Virus record (IMG/VR): IMGVR_UViG_3300045988_036893
Coordinates: 1-40,343 of that record
DNA length: 40,343 nt
Source of the DNA: a virus
Strand: one strand, 5' to 3'
In this document: positions 1 through 8,838 of the stretch, one piece after another
Layout: every line of letters begins with the position of its first letter
Position numbering within the stretch: the first letter of the stretch is position 1
Program-made: the position numbers and the translations under genes
Notes under the pieces: model-generated
Seen by the model: the letters and a program-made list of their open reading frames with translations, nothing else
What the model was told of the DNA's origin: nothing
The model's database searches: none

Positions 1-55
1 GAAGCCCCGCCCTTTGCCTTTTCTACGCCTTTTTCGTATTCGCTTGTGTTTAGGC
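1..55. repeat. 55-nt terminal direct repeat identical to 40289..40343 (circular-contig overlap)
   Basis: Letter-for-letter identity read directly. The repeat lies inside the continuous tape measure reading frame. Confidence 0.95.
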
Positions 56-86
56 TTAATTTGGCATAAAGATTAAAAACGTCCAT
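1..86 (-). CDS. tape measure protein, 5' end (ATG at 86; continues across the junction into 40343..37984)
   Basis: Minus strand reads AAGGGAGTGATAAA-ATG GAC GTT TTT AAT..., in frame with the 37984..40281 ORF. Bases 1-55 duplicate 40289-40343. The total is 2391 nt, or 796 aa. Confidence 0.85.
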   Translation of the reverse strand, partial: MDVFNLYAKLSLNTSEYEKGVEKAKGGA

Positions 87-101
87 TTTATCACTCCCTT
101 C

Positions 102-130
102 TTGAATTTTTTTATCCGGTATTGTATTCT
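102..130 (+). promoter_or_regulatory. sigma70-like promoter for the opposite-strand insert gene (TTGAAT-17 nt-TATTCT)
   Basis: The hexamers at 102-107 and 125-130 have 17-nt spacing and lie about 20 nt upstream of the RBS of the 151..525 gene. Confidence 0.45.
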
Positions 131-150
131 ATCCGTAGGAGGTGTTTTTT

Positions 151-525
151 ATGGCAAAAGCAAAAAATGCGGTAATCGCCGGTGATTTTATGGGCAAAAA
201 GGTGTCTGTTTCATTTGGCAAAGTCTCTATGGACGTTGGTGGTCTATCAGCACTTGAACTAAACAGCCGCACTGTTGCCGGTTACTCTGTGGTAGATGAA
301 ACTCACAAAACATCTATGGCTTCCGGCGTTATGCGCGGAATGGTCGGCGGTGCTTTGTTTGGTGGTGCTGGCATGGTTGCCGGTGCAATGACTGCCAAGC
401 AAAAAGGCGTTTATCAGGTTGTTATACAGCTTATAGATGACCCGCAATGGCGTTACAGCGGCAAGCGCTTCCTGTTGGAAGTTGACGAGCCAACCTATAA
501 AGCCATTATCAAAAATTGTTTCTAA
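151..525 (+). CDS. small glycine-zipper membrane protein (124 aa); opposite-strand moron between tail chaperone and tape measure genes
   Basis: AGGAGG at 137-142 precedes ATG 151 by 8 nt. There is a central GVMRGMVGGALFGGAGMVAGAM segment. It is the only plus-strand gene in the late region. Confidence 0.75.
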   Translation: MAKAKNAVIAGDFMGKKVSVSFGKVSMDVGGLSALELNSRTVAGYSVVDETHKTSMASGVMRGMVGGALFGGAGMVAGAMTAKQKGVYQVVIQLIDDPQWRYSGKRFLLEVDEPTYKAIIKNCF

Positions 526-527
526 GT

Positions 528-1204
528 TTAGCTGCCCTCTGTTTGGGCGGCTTTTTTCTTTGCTTCTTTCAACCCATGCCGCGCCGCAAAGTCTTTGAAA
601 TCTTCTTGCACCTGTTCTGGTGTCCGCGTATCCACTTTGGGCGGGTGAATAATGTCAATATATCTCGCTGGCCTGTCCTTTACGCCTGTAACAGCTACAA
701 CAAGGCTCCACGCACTGTCTGTCATGTATACCTTGTACATCTGCTCTTCAAAATCAGCTTTTAAAGCGTAAGGCAGCGCCGACACAAGCGCCTTTGCGCT
801 CAGTTTCGGCATTTTCAGCAGTACAGGGATTACTTGTTCTGCCCGCCAGCAAGACACAATTTGAAAAAATCGACAAAATCCTTATCGTTCAGCAAATCAT
901 AAACCTGCTTGCAAGTGACAAGAAAATTCTGCTTGCCGATTTCCTCTGCCGTCAGCCCATTAAAGGGGGAAAGAATCTCGTAAACGTCGGTACGGTGCTG
1001 CTTAATTGCAATGTTGAGCAGTTTTACGATTTTCGCAAGGCCGAAGCGCTGCATTGCAATAACAGTCGTGTCGCCTTTCGGCATGGTTTTCTGCACTTCA
1101 GCAACAAGGTTTTCATCCTCGATCAGGTTCGTGATGGGCGGTGCAATTCGCAGCGCAACCTCACCAGCTTCGTCAGTGCTTAACTGAGAAAACAGCTTCA
1201 TCAT
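528..1204 (-). CDS. tail assembly chaperone, frameshift fusion product (gpGT-like)
   Basis: The -1 frame after TTTTTTC reads Q I V S C W R A E Q..., identical to track ORF 528..857. Its position directly upstream of the tape measure gene is canonical. Confidence 0.7.
531..557 (+). terminator. rho-independent terminator of the moron (GCTGCCC-7 nt-GGGCGGC + T6)
   Basis: A 7-bp stem (one G-U) is followed by TTTTTT, 6 nt after the TAA at 523-525. No T-run follows on the minus strand, so it is unidirectional. Confidence 0.7.
830..1204 (-). CDS. tail assembly chaperone, zero-frame product (gpG-like, 124 aa)
   Basis: It lies between the major tail and tape measure genes and its 3' end overlaps the -1 frame ORF. 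Confidence 0.8.
   Translation of the reverse strand: MMKLFSQLSTDEAGEVALRIAPPITNLIEDENLVAEVQKTMPKGDTTVIAMQRFGLAKIVKLLNIAIKQHRTDVYEILSPFNGLTAEEIGKQNFLVTCKQVYDLLNDKDFVDFFKLCLAGGQNK
863..869 (-). promoter_or_regulatory. -1 programmed ribosomal frameshift slippery heptamer T_TTT_TTC
   Basis: Minus strand reads GAT TTT TTC AAA, the canonical X_XXY_YYZ pattern in the zero frame, located 33 nt before the gpG stop. Confidence 0.7.
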
Positions 1205-1794
1205 GCCTCATCCTCTCCCGCCTTGATATACACCTCACACGGCACAGTGTCCTGCGCGGTAATGGAGTAGTGCGCCGTGTATTCAAAGCTCATCTGGCCT
1301 TTTTCCTTGTCTCCCGTCTGCAAGCTAAAACCGCCGGTGGACAACGTATTCAGCATATGGATGGCACAGAAACCGCCATTCGTAGTGCCGTGCTTGTCTG
1401 AATAATCGCACAGCAGCCACAAATCAGTAAAGTCGCTGTCTTTCAGGTCGTTGCGCGGCGTGATTTTGGACACCTTGGAAGTGGTCGTAACATCCGCAGC
1501 GCCAAGCATGCTCTTGGCATTTTCTGCCGATGCCGAAACATAAGTGCCGCTGCACTTGACTTCCCAAGATTCAATCTGTTTCAGCTCTTTCATGTTCTTG
1601 GGGCAGTTGTCGATGTCCTCGCCGAAGTCGGTAAAGCTCGGCACAGCCGTAAAGTTGATGCCGCCGGTCGTGGCGCCCAGCAGCGCACTTTCTTCCGGCG
1701 CAGTACCGGCAGCCGGGTCAAACGTAGTTGCAAGATAGCCTGCGTTCAAGACCAGTTCTTTAAACGCAGATTCAGGAATACGAGTAAATTTCAT
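1201..1794 (-). CDS. major tail protein
   Basis: It is 197 aa and sits immediately upstream of the G/GT chaperone pair, after the connector genes. ATGA overlap with the downstream gene. Confidence 0.7.
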   Translation of the reverse strand: MKFTRIPESAFKELVLNAGYLATTFDPAAGTAPEESALLGATTGGINFTAVPSFTDFGEDIDNCPKNMKELKQIESWEVKCSGTYVSASAENAKSMLGAADVTTTSKVSKITPRNDLKDSDFTDLWLLCDYSDKHGTTNGGFCAIHMLNTLSTGGFSLQTGDKEKGQMSFEYTAHYSITAQDTVPCEVYIKAGEDEA

Positions 1795-1803
1795 GCTTTC
1801 ACC

Positions 1804-2172
1804 TCAATTTAGGCATAAAAATTCGGCGGTCACGTTGATGTACCGCCGTTTTAGGTTTTTGTCTGTATCATCTGCCAGCGATTGGCAGAACGGGGAGCCG
1901 CGTTTTAACCAAATCAAACCGCCATCTACCGGCAGCGTCACGCCGCCAATGCCCAGCGCGTCCGAAAGCTCAAGCGCCTTTGCATTAGGCACCGCTTCGC
2001 TCGTGGTATGGAACCACATGTTGACCGTCAGCGATACCGCCCCGCCGCCCCATGCGTCAAACACGGCATCATAGGTCAGATAGGGGAGTACAGCGTCATC
2101 CGGCACGGCATTGCTGGCGTATGCTGTCATAAATTGCCCGAAAAACTGCTGTAATGCAGCGCCCTTTGTCAT
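1804..2172 (-). CDS. tail terminator / tail completion protein (position-based)
   Basis: It is 122 aa and is the last small gene before the major tail protein. Confidence 0.5.
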   Translation of the reverse strand: MTKGAALQQFFGQFMTAYASNAVPDDAVLPYLTYDAVFDAWGGGAVSLTVNMWFHTTSEAVPNAKALELSDALGIGGVTLPVDGGLIWLKRGSPFCQSLADDTDKNLKRRYINVTAEFLCLN

Positions 2173-2546
2173 GTCGGCAATCCCTCCCGCAATCGTTCAG
2201 CCGTAAAACTCTTTAGGTTTTGCAGCATTGGAGAAGCGCTTGCCGGGGCTTGCTTTTCTTCCGGGCGGCTCGTGACCCGGAAATATGCCCTGGTCGTCAC
2301 ATCCTTGTACACGCTGCCGTACTCAATAGGCACATCTTTCCGCACAATGCCGGTATACACGCTGGTCACGCCCTGCGCTTCGGCCTGCCGTGCTTCAAGG
2401 CTGCTGTCAAATGCGACGTAATTTGAAAACTCTGCGCCCTCGCGCCACTCGGTAGAATAGCCGCCCTCGCCGTCAGGCTTTGTCAGTTTGTCCATAATGA
2501 TGCAGCTGCGCGAAAAATCATCTAAAAGGCTCATAGCTTTCTCCAT
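2169..2546 (-). CDS. head closure / head-tail adaptor protein (SPP1 gp16-like by size and order)
   Basis: It is 125 aa with ATGA-type overlap to its neighbours. The pattern KPDGEGGYSTEW...A.F resembles head-tail adaptor families. Confidence 0.5.
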   Translation of the reverse strand: MEKAMSLLDDFSRSCIIMDKLTKPDGEGGYSTEWREGAEFSNYVAFDSSLEARQAEAQGVTSVYTGIVRKDVPIEYGSVYKDVTTRAYFRVTSRPEEKQAPASASPMLQNLKSFTAERLREGLPT

Positions 2547-2956
2547 TTGTTTAGCCGGGACGCAAACACGCCCTGCCAGCCCGTCACAGAGCCGCCAGAA
2601 TTGCCGTTCGCGCTCGATTTGGTGTAACTATATCCCGCAAAGCTCTCACTTTGAAATGGGCTGTTTGCGGCGCTCTCATACTTGTTGCGCCATGCTTCCA
2701 CATCCTCAACCAGAGAAATAAAGGCAGCGGGCACAGACAGCGCCCACACAGCACCGTCAAACGTTTCATCGGTCAAGCCGCCAGCACCGTACTGGTACAC
2801 GCCATCGTTGAAAACGCTGCCGACAATGCGGAAATACTGCCCGAGAACAAGAAAAGGCAGCGCAATGCTGCCTTCCTTGACGGTAAAAGTGCCCAGATGT
2901 ACGCCATTCGGCGCAACAAACCAGTTTCTACACTCTCGCATCAATTCTTCAAGCAT
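2531..2956 (-). CDS. head-tail connector protein (position-based)
   Basis: It is 141 aa and is the first gene after the major capsid gene. Confidence 0.45.
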   Translation of the reverse strand: MLEELMRECRNWFVAPNGVHLGTFTVKEGSIALPFLVLGQYFRIVGSVFNDGVYQYGAGGLTDETFDGAVWALSVPAAFISLVEDVEAWRNKYESAANSPFQSESFAGYSYTKSSANGNSGGSVTGWQGVFASRLNKWRKL

Positions 2957-2971
2957 TTCGCTGCCTCCTTA

Positions 2972-3970
2972 TTACTTTTTGAACTTTGCCAGCACGACTT
3001 TGGCTTCGTTGGTCAGCGCCGCAACGTAGAACTCGTCAGCAGTGATCTCGGTGGAGCGGTTACGCGGCTTGCGCTCGGTCTCCACGTTGATATTGCGCTT
3101 GCGGTAGATGGTCAGGGCGGGCACATCGTCCTCAGTCTCGCTGTCCTCGTTCAGCTTGACGATGGGGCAAGCGTAGTAGGCGGCAGCAGCAGCCTTGACC
3201 TTATCACCGACAATCAAAGCAGCAGCGCAATGCGGCTGGATGGTCGCCAGATGCTTTTTGGTGGAGGTTTCGGCGGTAGTATCAGCGACAATCTCAATGG
3301 TGCCGGTGCTGTTGTCCTTCTCATACTCGATAGAAGGAACCTTGCGGGATGCTACAACGCGGGTGTTGGCAATCTTGCCGATTTCGCCGGTGACAGCAAC
3401 GCCAGCCTGATACTTGTCAGCGCTGATAAAATCAGCATCCTTGCGCAGGGTAGCCATCTGCTTGGGGTTGATGAACATGACCTTGTCGCTGTTGATCTCC
3501 TCGTTGAACACGTCGATAGCGTCCACAACGCCGCTGTATTTGATAGCGGCGGCAGTGCCGTCATACACCAGCGTAGCGCCCTGCAGGGCTTCCATGCAGT
3601 CATTGTCGATTTTAGCAGCGATAGACAGCGCCAGCTGCGCATTGGCTTCGCCAACAGGGTTGCCGTAGCCGGACAGCACAGCTTCATCGGTCAGGCCAAC
3701 GCCCTTCATGGCCTTCTTGATTTTGTACTTCTTGTCCTTGGTGCTCATCTTGTCGATGTCAACGTCAACGCCCTCTGCAACGTCCTCAGCATCGCCGATG
3801 TAGCCGTAAGACGGCACAGTAATGGTATCACCGGGCACGCCAGCAAGGGTGTCATCCATTTTTGCAAAAGGTGCCACGCGGATTTTGTCAGGGATTTTAG
3901 CCGAAATCATATCGGCCATGACTTCCGGGTCAATCAGGTCTGCAAGCTTGGTCAAAATAGTATCTGCCAT
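2972..3970 (-). CDS. major capsid protein (HK97-fold class)
   Basis: It is 332 aa and directly follows the scaffold gene. The N-terminus MADTILTKLADLIDPEV... and overall pattern recall N4 gp56-type capsid proteins (from memory). Confidence 0.8.
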   Translation of the reverse strand: MADTILTKLADLIDPEVMADMISAKIPDKIRVAPFAKMDDTLAGVPGDTITVPSYGYIGDAEDVAEGVDVDIDKMSTKDKKYKIKKAMKGVGLTDEAVLSGYGNPVGEANAQLALSIAAKIDNDCMEALQGATLVYDGTAAAIKYSGVVDAIDVFNEEINSDKVMFINPKQMATLRKDADFISADKYQAGVAVTGEIGKIANTRVVASRKVPSIEYEKDNSTGTIEIVADTTAETSTKKHLATIQPHCAAALIVGDKVKAAAAAYYACPIVKLNEDSETEDDVPALTIYRKRNINVETERKPRNRSTEITADEFYVAALTNEAKVVLAKFKK

Positions 3971-3973
3971 GTG

Positions 3974-4594
3974 TTAATCTCCTTTGCTGTTTGCAAGCTC
4001 GGAATACTGCTCCGGGCTTTCTTTCTTGAGTTTCAGTCGTTCGGCATAGCCCATCTTTTTAAAGGCTTCTGCCGTAATACCACTACCGCCGTTGTTGTCG
4101 GGTGGGTTCGGTGTGTTTGCGCCCTGGGTGCTGGTTTTAACGATGTAGTCGCCGTAAGATTCTTTCAGGCTGGTTTCCAGCTTGTCAGAATCCTTGATAG
4201 CGCCTTTTTCGTCCAGTTCCAGCTTGTCCAGCAGGCCATCGCCTTTGCAAAGCCGGGCAACAGACTGCAAACGTTTGTCGGCAATGCCGACTTTTTTCAG
4301 GGCGGTCTCCAGTGCCTTTTCTTTGGCAGCGGTAGTCTTTTCGGCGGCCACGCTTGTTTTGTAATCCTCAAAAGCCTTGTGCTCGGATTCATACTTCTCT
4401 TTGTAACCGTCATCGCCCTTGCCTTTCAGGTCGTCCAGTTCCTTTTGAACGCCGGGAAGTTTTTCCGCATCGGCTTTATAGCGGTCAACGTCCGCTTTCA
4501 AACCGTTTACGGTGTCAGTGTGGGCTTCAATAATGGTGTCCTGCTGCTCTTCGGTCAGCCCCATACCTTTTAGCAGCTTACGAGTAATAGCCAA
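3974..4594 (-). CDS. scaffolding protein (phage GP20-like, coiled coil)
   Basis: The sequence is charged and coiled. The likely start is TTG at 4594 with AAAGGAG 8 nt upstream. The track ORF extends to 4639, but no RBS is present there. Confidence 0.7.
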   Translation of the reverse strand: MAITRKLLKGMGLTEEQQDTIIEAHTDTVNGLKADVDRYKADAEKLPGVQKELDDLKGKGDDGYKEKYESEHKAFEDYKTSVAAEKTTAAKEKALETALKKVGIADKRLQSVARLCKGDGLLDKLELDEKGAIKDSDKLETSLKESYGDYIVKTSTQGANTPNPPDNNGGSGITAEAFKKMGYAERLKLKKESPEQYSELANSKGD

Positions 4595-4730
4595 TGTTTT
4601 TGCTCCTTTTCTTCGGTGCCGGTCCTTCGGCATTAGCATTTATTCAAAACAGCAGTTCTTCGCTGTTTTTGCGGATAAAAATAGCACCTGCCGCAAGTGC
4701 AGTAGATGCTAATAAAAAGAGCCGAGAGGC

Positions 4731-5129
4731 TTATTTGCCTTTCAGCTCTGCTTCGATGATTCTTTTGTACTGTTCGCCGTGCTCGGCAACGGCAGGCTTG
4801 ATATACGGTTTAGCGCGTTGCCCGTGGGTCAGATGCCAATTGCCTTTTGCGTCTTGATATACCCACGGCGTTTGTCTGCCGCCCGGATAGTAAATGCCCG
4901 TGCCGCACTCCACATAAACTGCATACTCGCTGTTTGTGCCGATATATGCGGCCTTTTCGCCGTCGCTGACCATGTGTGTAATGCTGTTGCGCAGGTTGCC
5001 TGTGTCGACGGGGCATAGCTTTTTTGCATAGCCCTCCGCAACAAGCCCGCATTTTTCAAGCCCGCGTGCAAGGGCAGCGTCAAGGGCTGAAAGCACCTCG
5101 TCGCTGTGGTCGTCAAAGATGATTTTCAT
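4731..5129 (-). CDS. HK97 gp10-family head-tail component
   Basis: The motif DTGNLRNSI and the 132-aa size are typical of the HK97 gp10 family. Confidence 0.7.
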   Translation of the reverse strand: MKIIFDDHSDEVLSALDAALARGLEKCGLVAEGYAKKLCPVDTGNLRNSITHMVSDGEKAAYIGTNSEYAVYVECGTGIYYPGGRQTPWVYQDAKGNWHLTHGQRAKPYIKPAVAEHGEQYKRIIEAELKGK

Positions 5130-6154
5130 TTTTTAATCTTTCCAGCGTTCTGCGCAGCTCCTTCCTTCCAGCTTTCCCACTGCGCATAGGTCATATCTGA
5201 TACAAGTATGCTCTTTCCCGTTTCCGGGTCGCGTGCACGGCGCAGCGGGTTCGGGATTTTTGGCACATCGTCAAGCGCTGCAATTAGAGTACATCGGCAG
5301 TTATACACCAAATAGCCCGGTGCGCTTGCATCGCCGGGAAACATAATCTCATAGCCGTCTACTTTAAACGGCTTGTCATTGTCAACTGTCTGACCGTCCA
5401 GCATCGCGTGTGCGTGGCGTGTGCGGTTGTCCAGCGTTGCCAGCCATTGCTTTTTCAGCTTTATGCCCATGTCTTGTGCGGCGCGGTAAGTATCTAGCCG
5501 CCCCGCGTTCTGCGCTCCTGTGACCGCCGTTCTGGCCGTTCTGATGGCGCTTGCGAGGCTCATATCCTGCATACGGTGTTGCAGGTCGTTTGCAATTTTC
5601 GGTATGCTTTTGCCTTGAAGGATGGAGCTTGTCACGCTGCCTGTAATCTGTTGCTTGCCGTACTTCAAATCAATGCCGCGCTGCAACGCCCGCTTTGGCG
5701 GGTAGTACGGCATAAGGTCAGGCTGTTCCACAATCAGACGTTTTACGGTCTGCTCATCCCACAGCGTAAAATCCGCTTTGCTGGAAACTTGCTCGATTTT
5801 GTAAGCGGCATAATTGCGGTTCAAGCTGTAAATGCCCGGCGTGGCGTCATTGACATAGGCCACAGCCGTTGCATTAGCATCGGTGTACCGTTCTGCCACT
5901 TTATCGCGCAAGGCTTCAAAACGCTTGCCACGCCCTATCTGCGCAAGCCGCCATTGCTTGTATTGCTGTTCGGTGATTTCGCCTGCATCGAGCTTTTCTT
6001 TCATGGCTGCATCACGCTTCTCGAATTGCTCAAAATAGGCTTTCACCGTGTCGGTCAATTCGTCAGCAGCTTCTTTGTACAGCTTTGCAATGCGCCGTTC
6101 CAGCTTGGAAAGCTCGGCATCTGTCATTTTGTGAGCATAATCAGGTTTCGCCAT
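5126..6154 (-). CDS. minor head protein, SPP1 gp7 / Mu F family
   Basis: It has the C-terminal YNCRCTL motif and sits immediately after the portal gene. Confidence 0.85.
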   Translation of the reverse strand: MAKPDYAHKMTDAELSKLERRIAKLYKEAADELTDTVKAYFEQFEKRDAAMKEKLDAGEITEQQYKQWRLAQIGRGKRFEALRDKVAERYTDANATAVAYVNDATPGIYSLNRNYAAYKIEQVSSKADFTLWDEQTVKRLIVEQPDLMPYYPPKRALQRGIDLKYGKQQITGSVTSSILQGKSIPKIANDLQHRMQDMSLASAIRTARTAVTGAQNAGRLDTYRAAQDMGIKLKKQWLATLDNRTRHAHAMLDGQTVDNDKPFKVDGYEIMFPGDASAPGYLVYNCRCTLIAALDDVPKIPNPLRRARDPETGKSILVSDMTYAQWESWKEGAAQNAGKIKK

Positions 6155-7520
6155 TGCCGTTCATTCCTTCTCCCGGCTGGTTCTGTGGCTCGTTAGGTGG
6201 TTGGTTAGTAATTGTACGGTCTAGCTCCTCGGCAGCCTTGCGCCGCATCAGGTCCTCGTACTGGTCTGCGTCGCCGAGAATGGTCAGCAGCTTTTTGGTG
6301 ATGTATTCATCATCGTAGTATTCCGCACCCAGCATCACGGTCTGCGCTTCTTCCTGCTTGTTAATGATTTGATTCCGCGTGTAAGTTGGTTCATCATCAA
6401 GCCCAGCAATTGCCAGAATGCCCTTGATGCAGCGCGAGACCCAGCTTTCAAACTTATCCGTTTTCAAATCCAGCGGCACATAGCTTGCCTTGATGGCTGT
6501 TGCCGTCTGGTTTCCGGCGCTTACGGCAGATGCGTCAAACGCTTGGAAATCCGTGTACAGCTTTTTGGTCAGCATATCAATGGTGGCCTGCGTACCTTGG
6601 AACGGTGCTTCAATGCTCTGCGGTGTGGCTTTTGCGCCCTCGTCACCGTCTGCATGGGCAACGTGGGTGGTTTTAAGTCTCTCAACAAACTTTGCATCGT
6701 CAATTTCATCCATGCCGCCGCAGTTTGTCAGCACCCAATAGATGAGATTGCCCTCATCCACATTGTTTACCATGTTGCTGCTGGCAAGGTCGAGCGCGTC
6801 AACGGTATTTTTCCTGCCGCAAAGTTCGCTTCTTGCTTGTTCGCCGTTCTTCAGCGGGATAATGGGAAATCCGGGATAATTCTCGCCGTCATAAATTTCC
6901 GCGCCGTCAATCTCCGAGTACCGAACTTTCAACTTGTATGGCAGTTTCCCGTTTAAACTACGCACTTCACCGTTTCTCGGCTTGATGTAGTCAGTATAAC
7001 CGTCCATCTCGTACAGAGTTGCCCGCAGCGGTTTGTCAGGATCAATCTGCCAGAACCGGATTCCAGCTTTTAGTGCGCCATCTTCTTCATCGTATAGCGG
7101 CACAAACTGCTCCGGCGAGAACACCTGAATATGGTCAAGATTCCAGAATACGAAAGACTGCCCACCAATCAACGCATGGCGGGCAGCATCCATAATATTT
7201 TCATCAAACGTAGCGCCAAGCGCCTTTTTTGTGGATTCACTGTTAAACGCAACGCCGTTGCCCAGCAGGTAAGAAACTTCCTGGTCTACAACAAATCCAA
7301 AAAACTTGCTGGCAATCTTGTGGTTTGCTGTATACATATCGGGATGCGCTTTCCCTTCAAGGTCGTACACCATTTTTTCATAGCGGTTGATTGTGGGATT
7401 TTCGCCCCAATAGTACAGCTTTGCGTCCAGCATGTCCCGCGTCTTTTTCTGGCCTTTAAAATCGTTGATGGTGTCAAACACAAACCCCATGCGGGAACGT
7501 TCATCTTCACCGACCGCCAC
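6141..7520 (-). CDS. portal protein (SPP1 gp6-like)
   Basis: It is 459 aa and lies between terL and the MuF-like gene. The exact start is uncertain (GTG at 7520 lacks an RBS). Confidence 0.85.
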   Translation of the reverse strand: MAVGEDERSRMGFVFDTINDFKGQKKTRDMLDAKLYYWGENPTINRYEKMVYDLEGKAHPDMYTANHKIASKFFGFVVDQEVSYLLGNGVAFNSESTKKALGATFDENIMDAARHALIGGQSFVFWNLDHIQVFSPEQFVPLYDEEDGALKAGIRFWQIDPDKPLRATLYEMDGYTDYIKPRNGEVRSLNGKLPYKLKVRYSEIDGAEIYDGENYPGFPIIPLKNGEQARSELCGRKNTVDALDLASSNMVNNVDEGNLIYWVLTNCGGMDEIDDAKFVERLKTTHVAHADGDEGAKATPQSIEAPFQGTQATIDMLTKKLYTDFQAFDASAVSAGNQTATAIKASYVPLDLKTDKFESWVSRCIKGILAIAGLDDEPTYTRNQIINKQEEAQTVMLGAEYYDDEYITKKLLTILGDADQYEDLMRRKAAEELDRTITNQPPNEPQNQPGEGMNGNGET

Positions 7521-7554
7521 AAAGTCTTGATATGTTCTGATTTTCCCTCACCGC

Positions 7555-8838
7555 CTATCTGTAAATGCTTTGATACTTCATTGCCGTATTGTCTCCGGCT
7601 TTGTTCGCTGTGCTTTCCATCGCATAACGCACCGCGTCAATGTGATGGTTGTTCAAATCCGGGTACCCTTCCAGCACTTCCCCAGTTTTCGCGTCTCGCT
7701 CGTACTCGTACTCGCTGAATTCCTTTGCTGTGTCCGGGCATCGTTCTGGATCAATGACAATCGCTTCCAGCATTTGCAACCATTTTGTGCCGTATCGAAC
7801 CGATTTCGGCCCTTTACGGGCAGGGAATGTTTTCACGCCGTACTTGTTATAGTCCGCAATGGATTTTGGCTCGGCGCTATCCGCGCAGATTTTGTCCTCG
7901 CGCGTAAGCCCTCTGTCCAGCAGCAGTTGCGCAGTGTCCCTATTGCTGGTTCTACGTCGTGTCAGTTCATCGAAGATGTACAGCGTTCGACGTGCCGCGT
8001 CATAGTGCATAGCATTGTATGCCCACGGGTCAGGGTACCAGCCCCAGTCCACGCCGCGTTTGATACGATCAAAGCTGGCAATCTGTTCATCGGTGATTTT
8101 CTCAATGCGCAGATTCTCAAATACCGCCGTGCCGCTGCCGACAACCTCTCCTAAATACTCATGCCGGTATGCTGTTTCGTTTGTGCGCTGCAAGTATTCT
8201 GCATCGGCCAGGAACCGTTCTCCGAGCCATTCTGCGGGCGTTGTTTTGTAGGTGCTATGATGTATTAGCTTTCCATCGCGGGCTTTCAGTGCGTAGCCGT
8301 TCGCCCAGTTCCGCGCCATTGCGGGCGGGTTGAAGCTCTTGAACGTGATAAACCAGTCACCGCCGCGCAAGCAGGATTGCTCCACATTTCGGATTTGCTC
8401 TTCACCGTCAAACTGGTCAAGCTCTTCAAACCAGCAGATGCCGATATAACCAAACGGCACTTTGATTGACTTTACCTTTCCGGGGTCATCAACGCCGAAA
8501 AAAAGCACCTTTTGTCCAGTTGGCAAATAGGTGCATTCCATAGGGGAGACCGTGCAACGAAAACGATCGTGCAAACCAAGCTCATTAATTGCCCAGACGA
8601 TTTGCGCATAAACGCTTGTGCGCAGTGTGTTGCCGACCTTGCGGAACACTGCTGCGTGGCATTGCGGATGTGCTCTCAGCTGCAAAATGACTTCAACGCC
8701 AATAAAGCTTGACTTTGTGCTGCCACGTCCGCCTTTTGCCACAAACTCTTGAACTTTACCATCCTCAATGTCCCAAAACGGCTTATAAAATGCTGGCGAA
8801 ATAATATCCTTGATATGTTTATTCTCTTGGCACATCAT
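7555..8838 (-). CDS. terL: terminase large subunit (PBSX/Terminase_3 type)
   Basis: It has the Walker A-like motif KGGRGSTKSS, is 427 aa, and overlaps the terS stop. Confidence 0.9.
   Translation of the reverse strand: MMCQENKHIKDIISPAFYKPFWDIEDGKVQEFVAKGGRGSTKSSFIGVEVILQLRAHPQCHAAVFRKVGNTLRTSVYAQIVWAINELGLHDRFRCTVSPMECTYLPTGQKVLFFGVDDPGKVKSIKVPFGYIGICWFEELDQFDGEEQIRNVEQSCLRGGDWFITFKSFNPPAMARNWANGYALKARDGKLIHHSTYKTTPAEWLGERFLADAEYLQRTNETAYRHEYLGEVVGSGTAVFENLRIEKITDEQIASFDRIKRGVDWGWYPDPWAYNAMHYDAARRTLYIFDELTRRRTSNRDTAQLLLDRGLTREDKICADSAEPKSIADYNKYGVKTFPARKGPKSVRYGTKWLQMLEAIVIDPERCPDTAKEFSEYEYERDAKTGEVLEGYPDLNNHHIDAVRYAMESTANKAGDNTAMKYQSIYR

Noticed and set aside
1-55. Whether the terminal repeat is a physical DTR or cos end.
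   Set aside because: It lies within the essential tape measure ORF, and its 55-nt length fits an assembler k-mer overlap. Circular closure is the simpler reading.
2651-4573. A 640-aa plus-strand ORF, the longest on that strand.
   Set aside because: It is antisense to the well-supported capsid, scaffold and connector genes. It has no RBS and a low-complexity Ala/Gly/Val/Leu-rich translation typical of a shadow ORF opposite GC-rich coding sequence.
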